Both the position numbers and the translations under genes were made by a program. From contig NC_068986.1 in NCBI RefSeq assembly GCF_001194135.2, positions 22,458,562 to 22,522,561 of the forward strand: a stretch of DNA of 64,000 bases, given 5' to 3'. Positions within the stretch are counted from its first letter, which is position 1. Each line of letters starts with the position of its first letter. Below the pieces are notes generated by a model. That model had not been told where the DNA came from. It ran no database searches and saw only the letters and a program-made list of their open reading frames with translations. This document shows positions 51,203 through 63,282 of the stretch, piece by piece. The DNA is from Octopus bimaculoides. Taxonomy: Eukaryota.

Positions 51203-51427
51203 TTAACCCTTTAGGATTCATATTACTCTATATGTAATCCTTGTTCATTCACATTGTTTTAAAGTAATCTTGCATTATCTTGTAACTTCAAGATTTTGAT
51301 GATCTGATCAATTAGTTTTAGAATAACATTGTAGGATAGGTGCTAGAGACGACATCTGGTCATTTTGAACATAAAGTAGATACAATATTTGGGTTGAATA
51401 TGGCTGGTTTAAATACTAAAGAGTTGA
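51203..51427. mobile_element. TTAA-type MITE family A copy
   Basis: TTAACCCTTTAGGATTCA .. TTAAATACTAAAGAGTTGA imperfect TIRs; the body is homologous to 2500-2695. Confidence 0.6.
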
Positions 51428-52807
51428 AGAACCTTAAAGTAGGTGAAATACAGTGAATTTTTGCAATCCTGGATAAAGTTTGTGTTCTGAAAAAGGAATA
51501 TAATTATTTTCTAGCTTAGACTCATTTTAGATTATTTAAGTTTTTGTTTTGTATAGTTTTATGACTTTCACATCCAATATAATTGAAATTTTAAAAATTA
51601 ATATGTTTTGTGATGTTTAAAGCATAAATAAAGAGCATGTCTGAAACTAGCAGATCCTTGATGTTTATCAACAAGTATTTATCAAAATCAACTCACAATT
51701 TATTTTCATTGATTAGAATATATTCTAATTTTTCAGTGTATTTTCCCTCAAGTTGATAATAGAAATGATAAAACTATCAAGAAACAGCAAAGTTATTAAT
51801 TTCTTTTGATCCTAAGTATGGTTAATTCTTATAGCTTGGTAATATTTATTAATATATGAAACCTTTGTAATTTTACTTTAACAAGGGAGGATATACAGAT
51901 AAAAAGGATGTATTTTGGGAGAAAAAGATTTGGGAGTTGTGTTCTGGGATCAGGTATAAGGGAAATTTGGAGTAATTGGTGAAATGGAGACAGCTTTAGA
52001 TGGAGGTGATATAGAGTTAGCAAATCTAGAGAAGCATTAACAGTTGTAGTAATTGTAGAAGAGTCAATGAGAATGCAACGGTGAACAATTACTGGTTGTA
52101 TTGTTTTGGTGTTGAAAATGTGTATCAGGTGGATAATCTTGTTTGGATATAATTAAAGGTGTGTATGAAGTGGAAGAATCATCACTGATTCTTTTGCAGA
52201 ATTCTATTGTCAGGCAAACTTGCTTCTTGAATAAAGGTAACAATAGTTTAAAGATGAATATTTTTTTTAGCACTGAAAGGAAACTAAACATAGGTATTTT
52301 AGTAAATGTGTGGTCTCCATAATTGTTTACAGCAATCACACCTATATCAAATGTTGTGTCATGTCTTGGCTTACTTCCTTCCATAGGTGACTTCCGTTAA
52401 CAACTTTGAGTAATCTGTTTTCTAAGATATTTAAAAAAAATTTTATAACTAATCTCAGGGGCTGATTTTTAGACAGAAACAAGAGTTTCTTATCTAGCAT
52501 TCTTTCTACTTGTTTGTCATCTAAATATGCTTTTTGACTCTTTCTTTTTAATTACTTTCCTTCATTAGTTAATATCTTCCATGGTCAAACTTCTGTGGAA
52601 GTAAATATATATTAGACTGATTGATAATTGCAACTCTTTTACCAAGATTTGATATTCTTTAGTTGATTCAGTATGAATGATTTTTTTCCCTATAGGCATG
52701 GATTAATTCCTTTCTTAGTGGTATTTATTTTCATTCAGTCTCAGTTAATGTTACACTTCAAACTGCCTAACTTCTGACTTCAGTTTTCATGACTGAAACT
52801 ATATTTA

Positions 52808-53175
52808 TCATTATCATTGAATAAATGTCCACTTTTCGATGTTTGCATGGGTCAGATGGAGTTTAATTGAGGCAGATTTTCCATGGTCGGACTCCCTTCC
52901 TGTTGCCAACCCACACTTGTTTCCAAGCTAGGTAATATTTCCCCATGACCAGGCATATTTTTGCAAAATATTGGGTTTGAACAACATTGCTTGTATGACA
53001 GTGATATTTACTTATAACTGTCACACAATGTGAAAACAAGGAGATACGCGAGCGCGCGTGCGACAGGCTTCTTTCAGTTTCCACATACCAACTTGACTCT
53101 CAAGTCTGTTCAGTTCAGAGCTAAGGGACTGAACCCGAAACCATGTGGTTGAGAAGTAAACTTCTCAGGCATGCC
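52808..53175 (-). mobile_element. SINE (same family as 50703-51117), reverse copy
   Basis: AATGTCCACTTTTC..GCATGGGTCAGA..CTTCCTGTTGCCAACCC..GGCTTCTTTCAGTTTCC..GGGACTGAACCCGAAACCATGTGGTTGAGAAG. Confidence 0.8.
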
Positions 53176-53389
53176 TGCATTTGTTATTTTTAACATTATT
53201 TTTACTCCATTTGTTCTTATTTGGTTATTAAACCTTTTTGGATCATTGGGTCAAAGCTTGTTCTAAATATTTTAATGAGTATTACTTTCAAGTAGCAGTT
53301 GATCATCTGAATATAATAACTCTAAGTCTAACCTTAATTAATAATATTGTAAAGTCTGCTTTACCAGCCATTTCAATCATGAAATAAGT

Positions 53390-53760
53390 ATCATCATCAT
53401 CATCATCATCGTCGTTTAACATCCGCCTTCCATGCTAGCATGGGTTGGACAATTTGACTGAGGACTGGTGAAACCAGATGGCTACACCAGGCTCCAATCT
53501 GATTTGGCAGAGTTTCTACAGCTGGATGCCCTTCCTAACGCCAACCACTCAGAGAGTGTAGTGGGTGCTTTTACGTGCCACCGGCATGAAGGTCAGTCAG
53601 GCGGTACTGGCAACGGCCATGCTCAAAATGGTGTATTTTATATGCCACCCGCACAAGAGCCAGTCCAGGGGCACTGGCAACGATCTCGCTCGAAAGTCCT
53701 TACACATGCCGCGGGCACAAGTGTCAGAAAGGCGTCGCTGGGCACAGGTGCCTAGAAATA
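53390..53760 (-). mobile_element. Young RTE-LINE 3' tail element
   Basis: (CAT)n-CGTCGTTTAACATCCGCCTTCCATGCTAGCATGGGTTGGAC..; near-identical reverse complement of 20450-20630. Confidence 0.8.
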
Positions 53761-55604
53761 TTACAATAATGGTGGAATTATTATTATTAGCTATATAAAA
53801 AGCAGTTTAGGACTTCTGTTTTAGAGGCACAAACATGGCTATGTGGTTAAGAATTTTACATCCTAACCACACTGTTTTAGGTTCTGTCCCACTGCACAGC
53901 ATGGAAAAACAGGCATAAAAATGCATGAAACTTAACATCTCACATTTCTGTATAGTTTTCTAAAACATTAATCTATTATAATAAAACGTCATTTACATAT
54001 GTAGTCAAAAGCATGTAGCAAAATCATAAATCAACCTGTAATTATGTGTATTTTATTTCTTTTTAAACATTCTTATCGCAACTCCTTTATGCATAACATG
54101 TGAGAATTTCTTTATTTGGAGTTGAGAAAATAACCTGCTTTAATTGTTTTACTTTTGGACTCTTCTGAGTTGTCACAGATCCTCATCTCTATTTGTATAC
54201 TGTTCATTTGGTCACTCTTCAATTTCTCTTACACCTATTGTGTAACGGATTTTGTTGCTATACAACAAGTAGCAACAAACCTCCTGCTGTTCTTGATATC
54301 TTTTTTTCTTCTTTAAAACGAAAGTTTCTAAAAATATTCACTGTAGTATTTCATCTCCCCACCTCCTCATATGGTGTTTGATTGTTTTTACAGGCAGCAC
54401 AATGCTAAAAGTAAATTCTGCATGTATAATCAGCTTTTTTGTTGACTTGTGTTTGAGAAACTTAACTGGTGTAACACATATACATATAATCTGGGTGAAT
54501 TAGTATTTTTGATTTATTGATTTCTTTACAAAGTGAAGAGGAAATAAACAGCTGATAACTAGGTTGACTTAAGATGATTAACAAGTTCGGTAGTCAACAT
54601 AGGTTGTTGCTTATAAAAGGGTAACAAGAGATTTCCTAAAGATGTTTAATAAATACATGTGTGTATGCTCACACACATGCAAACTCATACACAAAACAAA
54701 AACAAAAGCAAAAGCTAGTTGCTCATATATATTTCTCATAGTCAGAATTTTAGTTTTGTTAACCAGATTAGATCTATACTTAGAGTTATTGTCTCAGTTT
54801 CAATTTCTATAAAACAGTAACCCCCATGATTTCTGATCGAACAAGTACTTTCTCTACTTGGTTGTGTTCTTTCTTCAGTGATTGTCAACATTGTTTTCTG
54901 AAGAAATTGATTTTCTTTGAATAATGATGCTTTCAGTACCATTTAGTGATTTTGTCTTGAGAAAAATACTGTCGGTCTTGTTCACTTTCAAATTTAACAT
55001 TTATTACCTTTTGTCCCAATTAACTAAATGTAGTTAAATTATACTTGAAATATAAAGTTCTTGTTTATTCTACTTAGATATCCTTGCCAAGTGGATAATA
55101 TAGATGTTTATTGGCCAAGAGTTATTACCACACTGCAGTTTGTTCTTATGCAATGCATTTAACAGTCAACATACAAAAGCTTTGTGTCTTATTATATTAA
55201 AGTCACAACAGAATGTATAATGTTCTGTATTTTGATTTCTTTTATGAGACTTATATAATTTTATACAAATTTTAGCTTCTGACAGTTCTTTTGTTTTGTG
55301 TTTCTAGATAGCACTACCATTGATTGACTCCTAAGTTACTTGTTTCATTTCAGCAATCCTGGACAAATCAACGTTTTTAAATAAAGTGTATTCTGTTTTG
55401 GGGCAATATGTTAAGCTAACTGTTCTAGGAAAAGTTATTGGAATTATTGTCTTTTGATTTTTATCTCTTGAGATGGAATATATAGGATAATCTCTGAAAG
55501 ACAAGAGCAAGCAAACATTACTGAAATGTAATGTAGTTGTTTATTTTGTCAATTTAAAGAAATCATGTAAACATATTTTTCAACAAAATTCTCTATATTT
55601 ACAG

Positions 55605-55675
55605 CTCATGTTACTCGAATTAAAGTCAAAGGTACACGGAAACTTTTGGAGAAGCCAACAGATTTTATCATGCAG
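55605..55675 (+). CDS. ZCCHC14: ZCCHC14/ZCCHC2-family protein, coding exon 3 (71 nt; start of PX-like domain, (A)HVTRIKVKGTRKLLEKPTDFIMQ)
   Basis: Acceptor CTCTATATTTACAG and donor ATGCAG|GTAAGT. The peptide resembles the recalled ZCCHC2/14 segment (HIEKIMLKG / VEKIDLKG..F.V.WSD) that precedes the V.WSD motif. Phases are 1 in and 0 out. Confidence 0.8.
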
Positions 55676-55874
55676 GTAAGTCTTTTCTTTTAATAAGTAT
55701 TTTTTTTTTTTTTGTTTCCTATAAGAAATGTATTTTTATTCTTATAGATGCATAGTAGAAGTTAAAAAAAAACTAGGTTTCCTTGCAGCAAACATTGCAA
55801 TCATATCTGATTGTGTGTGTGTCTATATATATNNNNNNNNNNCAGAACATCCACCTCCGCTATATATATATGTA

Positions 55875-56304
55875 ATTTTAATGTCCACTTTTCCATGCTT
55901 GCTTAGGATGGATGGAATTCATTGAGGAAGATTTTCTTCAGCAGGATATCCTTCCTGTCGCCAACCCTCACCTGTTTCCAAGCAACCACATATTCTTGTG
56001 GAAGACTGGAAATGATACTTGTTATGTCCAACTATTCTCTCAGGGTGCTTACACTCTATTGTGTATGCACACTGACATTACACATCCAGCGGAACATACT
56101 AGCTTCATTTCTTTCGAGCCTACACATGTCCTCAGCAGTCACAGCCCATGTTTCACTGCCGTGTAGCATGGCTGTTGGCACACATATGTCGTACAGTCTA
56201 CCTTTCACTCTGAGTGAGGGGCCCTTTGTAGAGGTAGGGGCTCTCTGAACTTTGCCCAAGCCATTCTTATTCTAGCATCTATGGTCTCAGAACATCCACC
56301 TCCG

Positions 56305-56305
<1 letters not shown>
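55875..56305 (-). mobile_element. Internally deleted RTE element: SINE-type 3' tail joined directly to RT C-terminal coding sequence
   Basis: 56041-56305 minus reads SGGGCSETIDARIRMAW..KGRLYDICVPTAMLHGSETWAVTAEDMCRLERNEASMFRWMCNV. The segment 55875-56000 matches the tail of the 52808 SINE. Confidence 0.75.
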
Positions 56306-56336
<31 letters not shown>

Positions 56337-57459
56337 ATAGGTAGAGAAAAAAATGTGGAGTATTTCTTATTTTAAAGTTAAATGGTTACTAACAGAAAGG
56401 ACTTACGAAATGCTCATCCCTCTAACCCAGTTTAGCAAAGACAGACAAAAGTGCAGTAAAGAGAAAAAAAAGGATATAAAAATGCTTTCTTTTGAAAGCT
56501 CTGAAGCCTTACTGATTGCAGATAATTAGCTCAATTATACAAGTTTTGTGCATTCACATTTTTTTAGAAATTAATTTTACCAAAATGATTATCAGTAAAT
56601 ATTTGTTATTAATGGAATGGAATCCAGTTAGATCACTTCATGTAAATATTCAAAATGTCATAAATAAATATATTTCTGTAATTGTCTAAACATGAATAAA
56701 AGATTTATGTTTTAAGCAATATAGACGATCAGAATAGGAAAATCCATTGATTTTAGTGACTTTAGGATATATTAAATTTTTAATGTCAATTTGTCAAGCA
56801 GAAGCACCAGTTAAGGAGCTAAATATTTGGTGGTTTGTGTATTGTATATTATAAAGGCAGTTGCATGTAATAATTATTTAATATAAGTAGTTGTTAGTTT
56901 TAAAAAATTGCACAATAATAGTAGTAGGCTTATCAAGGTTTCTAAATTTAATCAAAATAAGCAAAAATATGTAACAGTTAATGTTTTAATTCACATTCTC
57001 TTCTGAAGCAAACTATGATTAGCCACAGTAAAATGTACATATGATGTGATAGACTTTATTTTCAACATCATGAAAATAATACAATAATAGACAGAAAACA
57101 TGAATGTTACAGATAGAAAGATGGACCCAGCATTCTACAAAGTTGACTGATATTGCATACACACATGCATGCATCATATAATGTAACATTCCGTTTAATT
57201 GAAACAGCTCCTAGTTCAAATATTCAAATATAACACACATACAATGTGATATGTGTTCTTGATAGTGAGATGGTAAAGGAAGCAGGAATACACATGCATG
57301 TGAGGATGTTTATACAAGGAGTTTGTAGGAGTGTAAGAAAGAACGTAACCTGTATATATATGTGCAAGATGTAAGTACAGCATAAGTCCACTCATAGATT
57401 ACTATTCATAAAAAAATAACGTTTGACATTTATTTTTCAAATAAGAAGTAAAATATGGG

Positions 57460-57900
57460 TTTGGTGGTAAAATGAAAAATGCAACTTGCTGAGAAAGTCT
57501 TGGAAAACTTGAGATCTAGTGTGAAACTCTCAGAAGTACAGGTGTTGAAATCATGGGACAGGGGGTTGTGGTCACCAATGCTGAAGATGGTAGTACAACC
57601 ACATTAACTGTTATTATGCCTTTTTATTTATTTTGATCACATTTATTATTCCCTACATTGGTGATCCACATCAATGGTAGAATGTAAATTGCTGCTTGTT
57701 GAAGAACTGTTGAAAAATCAAAATATGGTGTGAAGCTCTCAGAATTGTGAAACCTTCATATCAGAAGTGTGGCAAATGTAGGTGTTGTCATCAAAAACGC
57801 TTTGGTGGTAGAATGAAAAATGCTATTTATTAGAAAAGTTTTATGAGAAGCAAGTTTGAAAACCTCAGCATCACCAATATAGGGAATTGAAAATTCCCTT
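57460..57900. repeat. Degenerate direct repeats (about 3 units)
   Basis: TTTGGTGGTA(A/G)AATGAAAAATGC at 57460 and 57801, a variant at about 57674, and GTGTGAA(A/G)CTCTCAGAA at about 57520 and 57728. Confidence 0.55.
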
Positions 57901-60900
57901 TATTAAACTGTTTATGCTGTTGATGTACTCAAAAGGAATGAATTAACACAGCATTGTATAAACGTGTTGGTGTCTATACGAAAAGTTCGTGCAGGTATAA
58001 GAACATATATAAATATGTATGTATGCACAAAATACATATGATTCTGCATGATGTGTGCATGAGTTTCAAGTAAATCTGTGGTATATATGTGCTTTCATAC
58101 AAGTGAGTCACTAGACAGTTCTGTGAATCTGAAATACTTATGATTTTTATGTTCTTAGTTAACATGTGTTCACAACGAGTGAGTGAGCTGTGGTGTAAAG
58201 TGAATAAGTTATTGTAATAGAGATTTGTTATGTGAAAACTAGTTGGAAAAGGTGAAGAAAATTGGCAGTGGTATTGAGTTTATATTTGATTTTGGTGTGA
58301 ACTCCTGATGCTTTCTCTTAAGAATGATACTTCAGAACTGGTCTGCTATTGTCTCTGCTGTAGTAACGACTGGTAAATTGTGACAATTGATGGTGACTGG
58401 TAACACTGTCACTCCAAGCTATATTGACTTTGGACTGTGATGAGAATCAATAACACTGCAATTCTCACATGGGGTTTATCGCTTCCAACTACTACTAACA
58501 GTAACTAACAAGTACACTAACAAGTAGTAAACTGGTGATGTTCATTAATATAACATTGGTTTAAGTCACTGATTGGTTCAAAAAGTTAATGTACACTTGT
58601 TTTGGTGCCAGTTTGTTTGTTTGAGTAGATGAATGAACTGGTGCACATGTTGATTGATCCAAAACTTATGATGTAGGCCACTACAGCTTGCTGTTGTCTT
58701 GTTAACAGCTATTGCTGCTAAGAAAGTAGGCACACAAGTTATTGTTTGCATAAAATGATGCCATATGGTCAGGGTTTGACAAAATAAGTGCACTAACAGA
58801 TTGGTGAAAAAAACAACTACAAAAACAGCAACATAGTGTAATATTGGTGCCAGGTGATCAGATAGTAGACTTGGCTGTTGACAAAACCACACTGTAAATC
58901 TCGATTTACATTCACATCATTAGCATGCCACATGAAATATTTACTACAGATTCTTTGAAAAGAGGCAGTATAAAAAGATTTAGGATAGTCAGATCATTGC
59001 TTTAATGTAGAATTCATAAATAACAAAATACAGATTCATTGTATATATTAGATATCTGTGTAGCTAATTCTAGCATAGAAAAATAGATATCAAATTGATT
59101 ATAATGATAAAGGGAAAAGCCACTAAGAGTCTGTGTTATAAAAAAAGCAGTTAAATAAAATTCATAAAATAAGATAAGTTTGTCTTCTGATGTGAGACAA
59201 ATTCTTGTCTAGAACAGTCATGTTTTTCAAAAGAAAAAAAATTTTTCCCATTAATTTTTCTTTGAAGAAAGACCCTACTCCAAATGTTAGAACTTATCTT
59301 ATGGTACACAAAGTCATGAATGATAAAGATTATTTTTGCTTGATCATTTTCAAGAAACTAAAACTTAAATAAATGAATAAATTACATGTGTGGCTCTTCT
59401 TGATGTATGAGTTTGAGTAGAATAATACAATTGTGAGACTGGTGGAATTGTGGTTCATTCTTCTGGTCACAGTGTAATGGTATCAAATTTTGGAAATGAC
59501 TATCTCCCTATAGAGTATTTTCATGCTTGAGTGAAAGAATGGCAGTTCAATGCAAAAAACACTTTTTAACTTTTAATCTCTTTTATAGTGTGTTAACATT
59601 GGTAAATCTTAGATATTTGCGTATTAGTCTAAAATCTATTTTCTAGCATAATCAAAGAGAATATTTAAGTTTGCTATTAATGAGGTAAACTATATTTAAC
59701 TTAATTATGTAATTAATCTAGAAACAATTTACTTGTCTCCTACAAGTATGTTGCTGCATTAATAGCTCACATTTCTATTTGTAAGAAGTAGATTCAAATT
59801 AATTCCCAATGTTTATTTAATTTGGTACATAATTTAAATTCCATACCAACTTGTTTTGGTAGTCAGGAAAAACTTACTCTGATTAATATCTCTTATTGTC
59901 AGTGATAGATTTTTACTTAATTAAAAATAGTACTTTTGCTTCAGTTTCTAAAACAATCTATTGCTTTATTATTTTAATGCCTTACTTGAAAACAAGTACA
60001 ATTTAGTGACAGGAAGGGCATTCAACTGTAAAACAATGTCTCAGTAATTTATATTTGTCCAGCTCATGCTAGCATGGAAAAACAGATACAAAACAAATGC
60101 AATCCTTAAGTTAAAATATATCATCAGTTATTTTGTTAATAAAGGTCCAACTTGTTTACAAATGTAACTTTTACAATAGAACTGTCCAGAGAAATTCAAA
60201 TACATCTGCTCTACTCCTAAATCCAGACAACTAATTAGTTACATTGTTGTCTGTTTTGCACTAAATTCCTTTCTCTGTGCAAATAACTCTGTTTTTTTCA
60301 CCATCTTGGCTTCGCAGCTTCAAAGTGTGACAACTTATTTAGTTACCAAAATCCAACAAGTGAAAGGTTTGAATGCATTGTAACCATGACCCTAAAATCT
60401 TGATTCTGCCCTTACTAGGTTTTTAAAAATCTTTCTTCAGAGCTATTTACCTTAACTTAAGTATTCATGCAACTACCCCATTCGTTTCTTTAATATTCTA
60501 AAATATGGATACAATCATAATTGACCATTTTGCACATTACTTGGAACACTATTCTCTCTTGACTATCAATGAGGCTAGATCCACTAGGAAGTAGTTTTTC
60601 ATAAACATGTGACAATTTCTTGTTCTTTGTAACTTTGGTGAAAGGGAATGTATCTATGACATTAGAATCGTCAACTACATTGTCTGGTATAAGAATCTTA
60701 TGGCAAAGTTTTGAATTCATTCTGTCATAATCTTGTGCACTTGTATTAGAATTTCATTGATTGGTAACATCATTGCAGGTGACTAAACTTCTACTCTATG
60801 AACAGTGACAACAACTTCTTCAGCATTAGCAACCTATCTTAACGTTTTCTGTCAGGTTTATACATGCTTTTTGAAGAGAGGCTTATGAATTGTCATTTGG

Positions 60901-62289
60901 TTAGGACCTAACAACTAAGATCTGTTCAATATTTAGTCCAAGCTAAGTTACCCACCTATGGGTTACATTTGTCTCTAATTTCTTGGATTACACAGCCAAA
61001 ATTACAAAGGTAATACTTCTCCTCAGGGCCATAAAAATATTTTGGCTCTAATTAGTTGTTCATCTACAAAGGTCATCTTTAATCCACAGGACATCTAATC
61101 CTGTATCTGTGATGATAATTCTGCGATACACACACAAATGTCTTAATACATCTCCCTTCTCTGAAAAGCCATTAGGTTAATTGACAAAGATTCATTCTCC
61201 ATTCTGCTAGAAACACTGGCTATCATATGTGTAGTTTCTTTTTATTTTTACCTGTTCTACAACTTATACAATGGTTTCTACTTCTGTAAATTAGCAAGTT
61301 GCATAACATCTCCACCAAATGCACATGTCTCACCTTCCATTTACCAGTTTATGGCCATCTTTTCTATTATTATTTAAGTGTATTCTGAAATTTCTGGCAC
61401 TAACACACTCACCTGAACCCATTCTTTTCTTTTTATCATCTCTTTACTGCACAAAACTAAGCATATAGTCCAACCCTTTTCTTCCAGTAATGTTTTTCTT
61501 CTCCTTTGAACATCTTTCCTACTCTTCTTTTTCTGTCTCCTGCAATAATTAGAATTGCATTCTGATTCTACTTAAAATATCTTTGATCTATACCATGTTT
61601 TGTCACTAGACTGACAAATAAAAACAATGCCTAATATATATTGTAGGTAAGTAACTCAATGATGTGCTGCAGGTTGTGAATACTCTAATGGTTCAGTTAG
61701 TCTTCCAACAAATTGACAGGGAATCAAGTCTTCAGATATGATAAATTGATAGGAGTAGTTAGCTGTAGCAGCCATAACACAGTCTATGCATTGCTCAGAG
61801 AGCTTGTGAGAGGTAGTAAAGTTTTGATAGTAAAGTATTCATAGAAGTGATTTTAATAAAAGTGATGTAACTAAAGTTAAAAAGAGGGGCAAGTTCAATG
61901 AAATATTGGCAATAAAGGTTTTATTTCTTAGTCCAAAAAGGAGACTGTATGAAGTGTATGGAATGTGACATTAATGTGTTACACATTATTGAATGTGAAT
62001 GTTGGTGTGCAAACTGTAGATAAATATGTAGGTGACATGGAGAGAAGTCATATCAGCCCTCAGTTTGTTGGGTATTGTGGACGAGATGATAAAGCATTGA
62101 AATATATAGTGCAACAGATCCACAATTGCATGGGAAAATGATGAATATGTGTGTTTGTGTGTGTTGTGTTGTGTTGTGAGTGAGAGGGTTGTGTGAGTCT
62201 GACTGACAAGTTGCACTCCTACAATTGAGTGATGAGACATTTATCTGTTGGAAAATGGATGTGAAATAACAGGGTTACACACTCACATA

Positions 62290-62321
<32 letters not shown>

Positions 62322-63086
62322 ATAGACACCTCTCTCATATATAACAGGGTGTGGCAACCCCCCCCTCCAATTCAGTGCACATTGTGCACTAGTTCAAACT
62401 ATGTCGGTAACTGGTGGGGGTGGGGGTGAGAGACAAAAGATGGTAACACATTAACTATTCGAAGGCACCATCACCTCCTGCCTAACTTGACTAGTCCCAC
62501 ATCAAAGGCTATGTAAAATACGAGTGGTTTTTCTGCTGCATGTCATCTTAACTGCCTGGCAGTTTCATGAAGCCAATAAAAGTGACACGAGTGAACGTGC
62601 CCACAGATTTTCAGGAGTAATCTAACCACAGAACAACTAGTAAAAGTAGTACTTTCAGAAACTTGACATTTGATGTTGCTGAAGATTGATTATGTTTATG
62701 ATGAATTATTTAGTTCTGTGCATTTGTCATCAAAAATAGTTAGGTGGAACATCTACTATCTGTTTACAAATATAATAGGGTCGCTGATGAAAATTTACAC
62801 CTACACTGATGATATCATTCCACTTGCTTTGAAAGCACTGAACAATCCTCACCACAACCACCCCTCACAAAGTGGGTAGTTGCTAAAAACAACCACTTAT
62901 TTTATAATCTGCAGTCAATAGTCATTTTTTTTTTTTCTTACCTGTTTACTATGGAGGTATAATAGTAATCACTTCNNNNNNNNNNAGAGAGAGAGAGAGA
63001 GAGTTCATATGCCACAATAAACTGTCTGACCTATACAAGTATGTAAAAGTGGATGTTAAAACAACAACAATGATGATTTTACATAT

Positions 63087-63238
63087 AGGTGTGGCTGTGT
63101 AGTAAGAAGCTTACCTCCTAACCACATAGTTCCAGGTTCAGTCTCACTGCATGGCACTTTGGGCAAGTGTCCTCTACTGTAGCCTCTGGCTGACTAAAGC
63201 CTTGTGAGTGGATTTAGTAGATGGAAACTGAAAGAAGC

Positions 63239-63282
<44 letters not shown>

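Larger units (their letters stand above)
45033..55604 (+). other. Intron 2 (about 10.6 kb, GT-AG, phase 1)
   Basis: Defined by the exon 2 donor GTGAGT and the exon 3 acceptor TTTACAG. Confidence 0.7.

Noticed and set aside
53468-53798. 95-aa and 77-aa ORFs, similar to ORFs at 20085-20564
   Set aside because: Antisense translations of the same LINE 3' UTR repeat; the similarity reflects the repeat, not a gene family.
62032-62100. TAG|GTGACATGG (VTWREVIS..) as candidate exon 4 supplying the expected V.W motif
   Set aside because: No pyrimidine tract, an in-frame TGA after 22 codons and no SD..T..V.K motif. It is more likely a TE relic, so exon 4 is probably outside the window.
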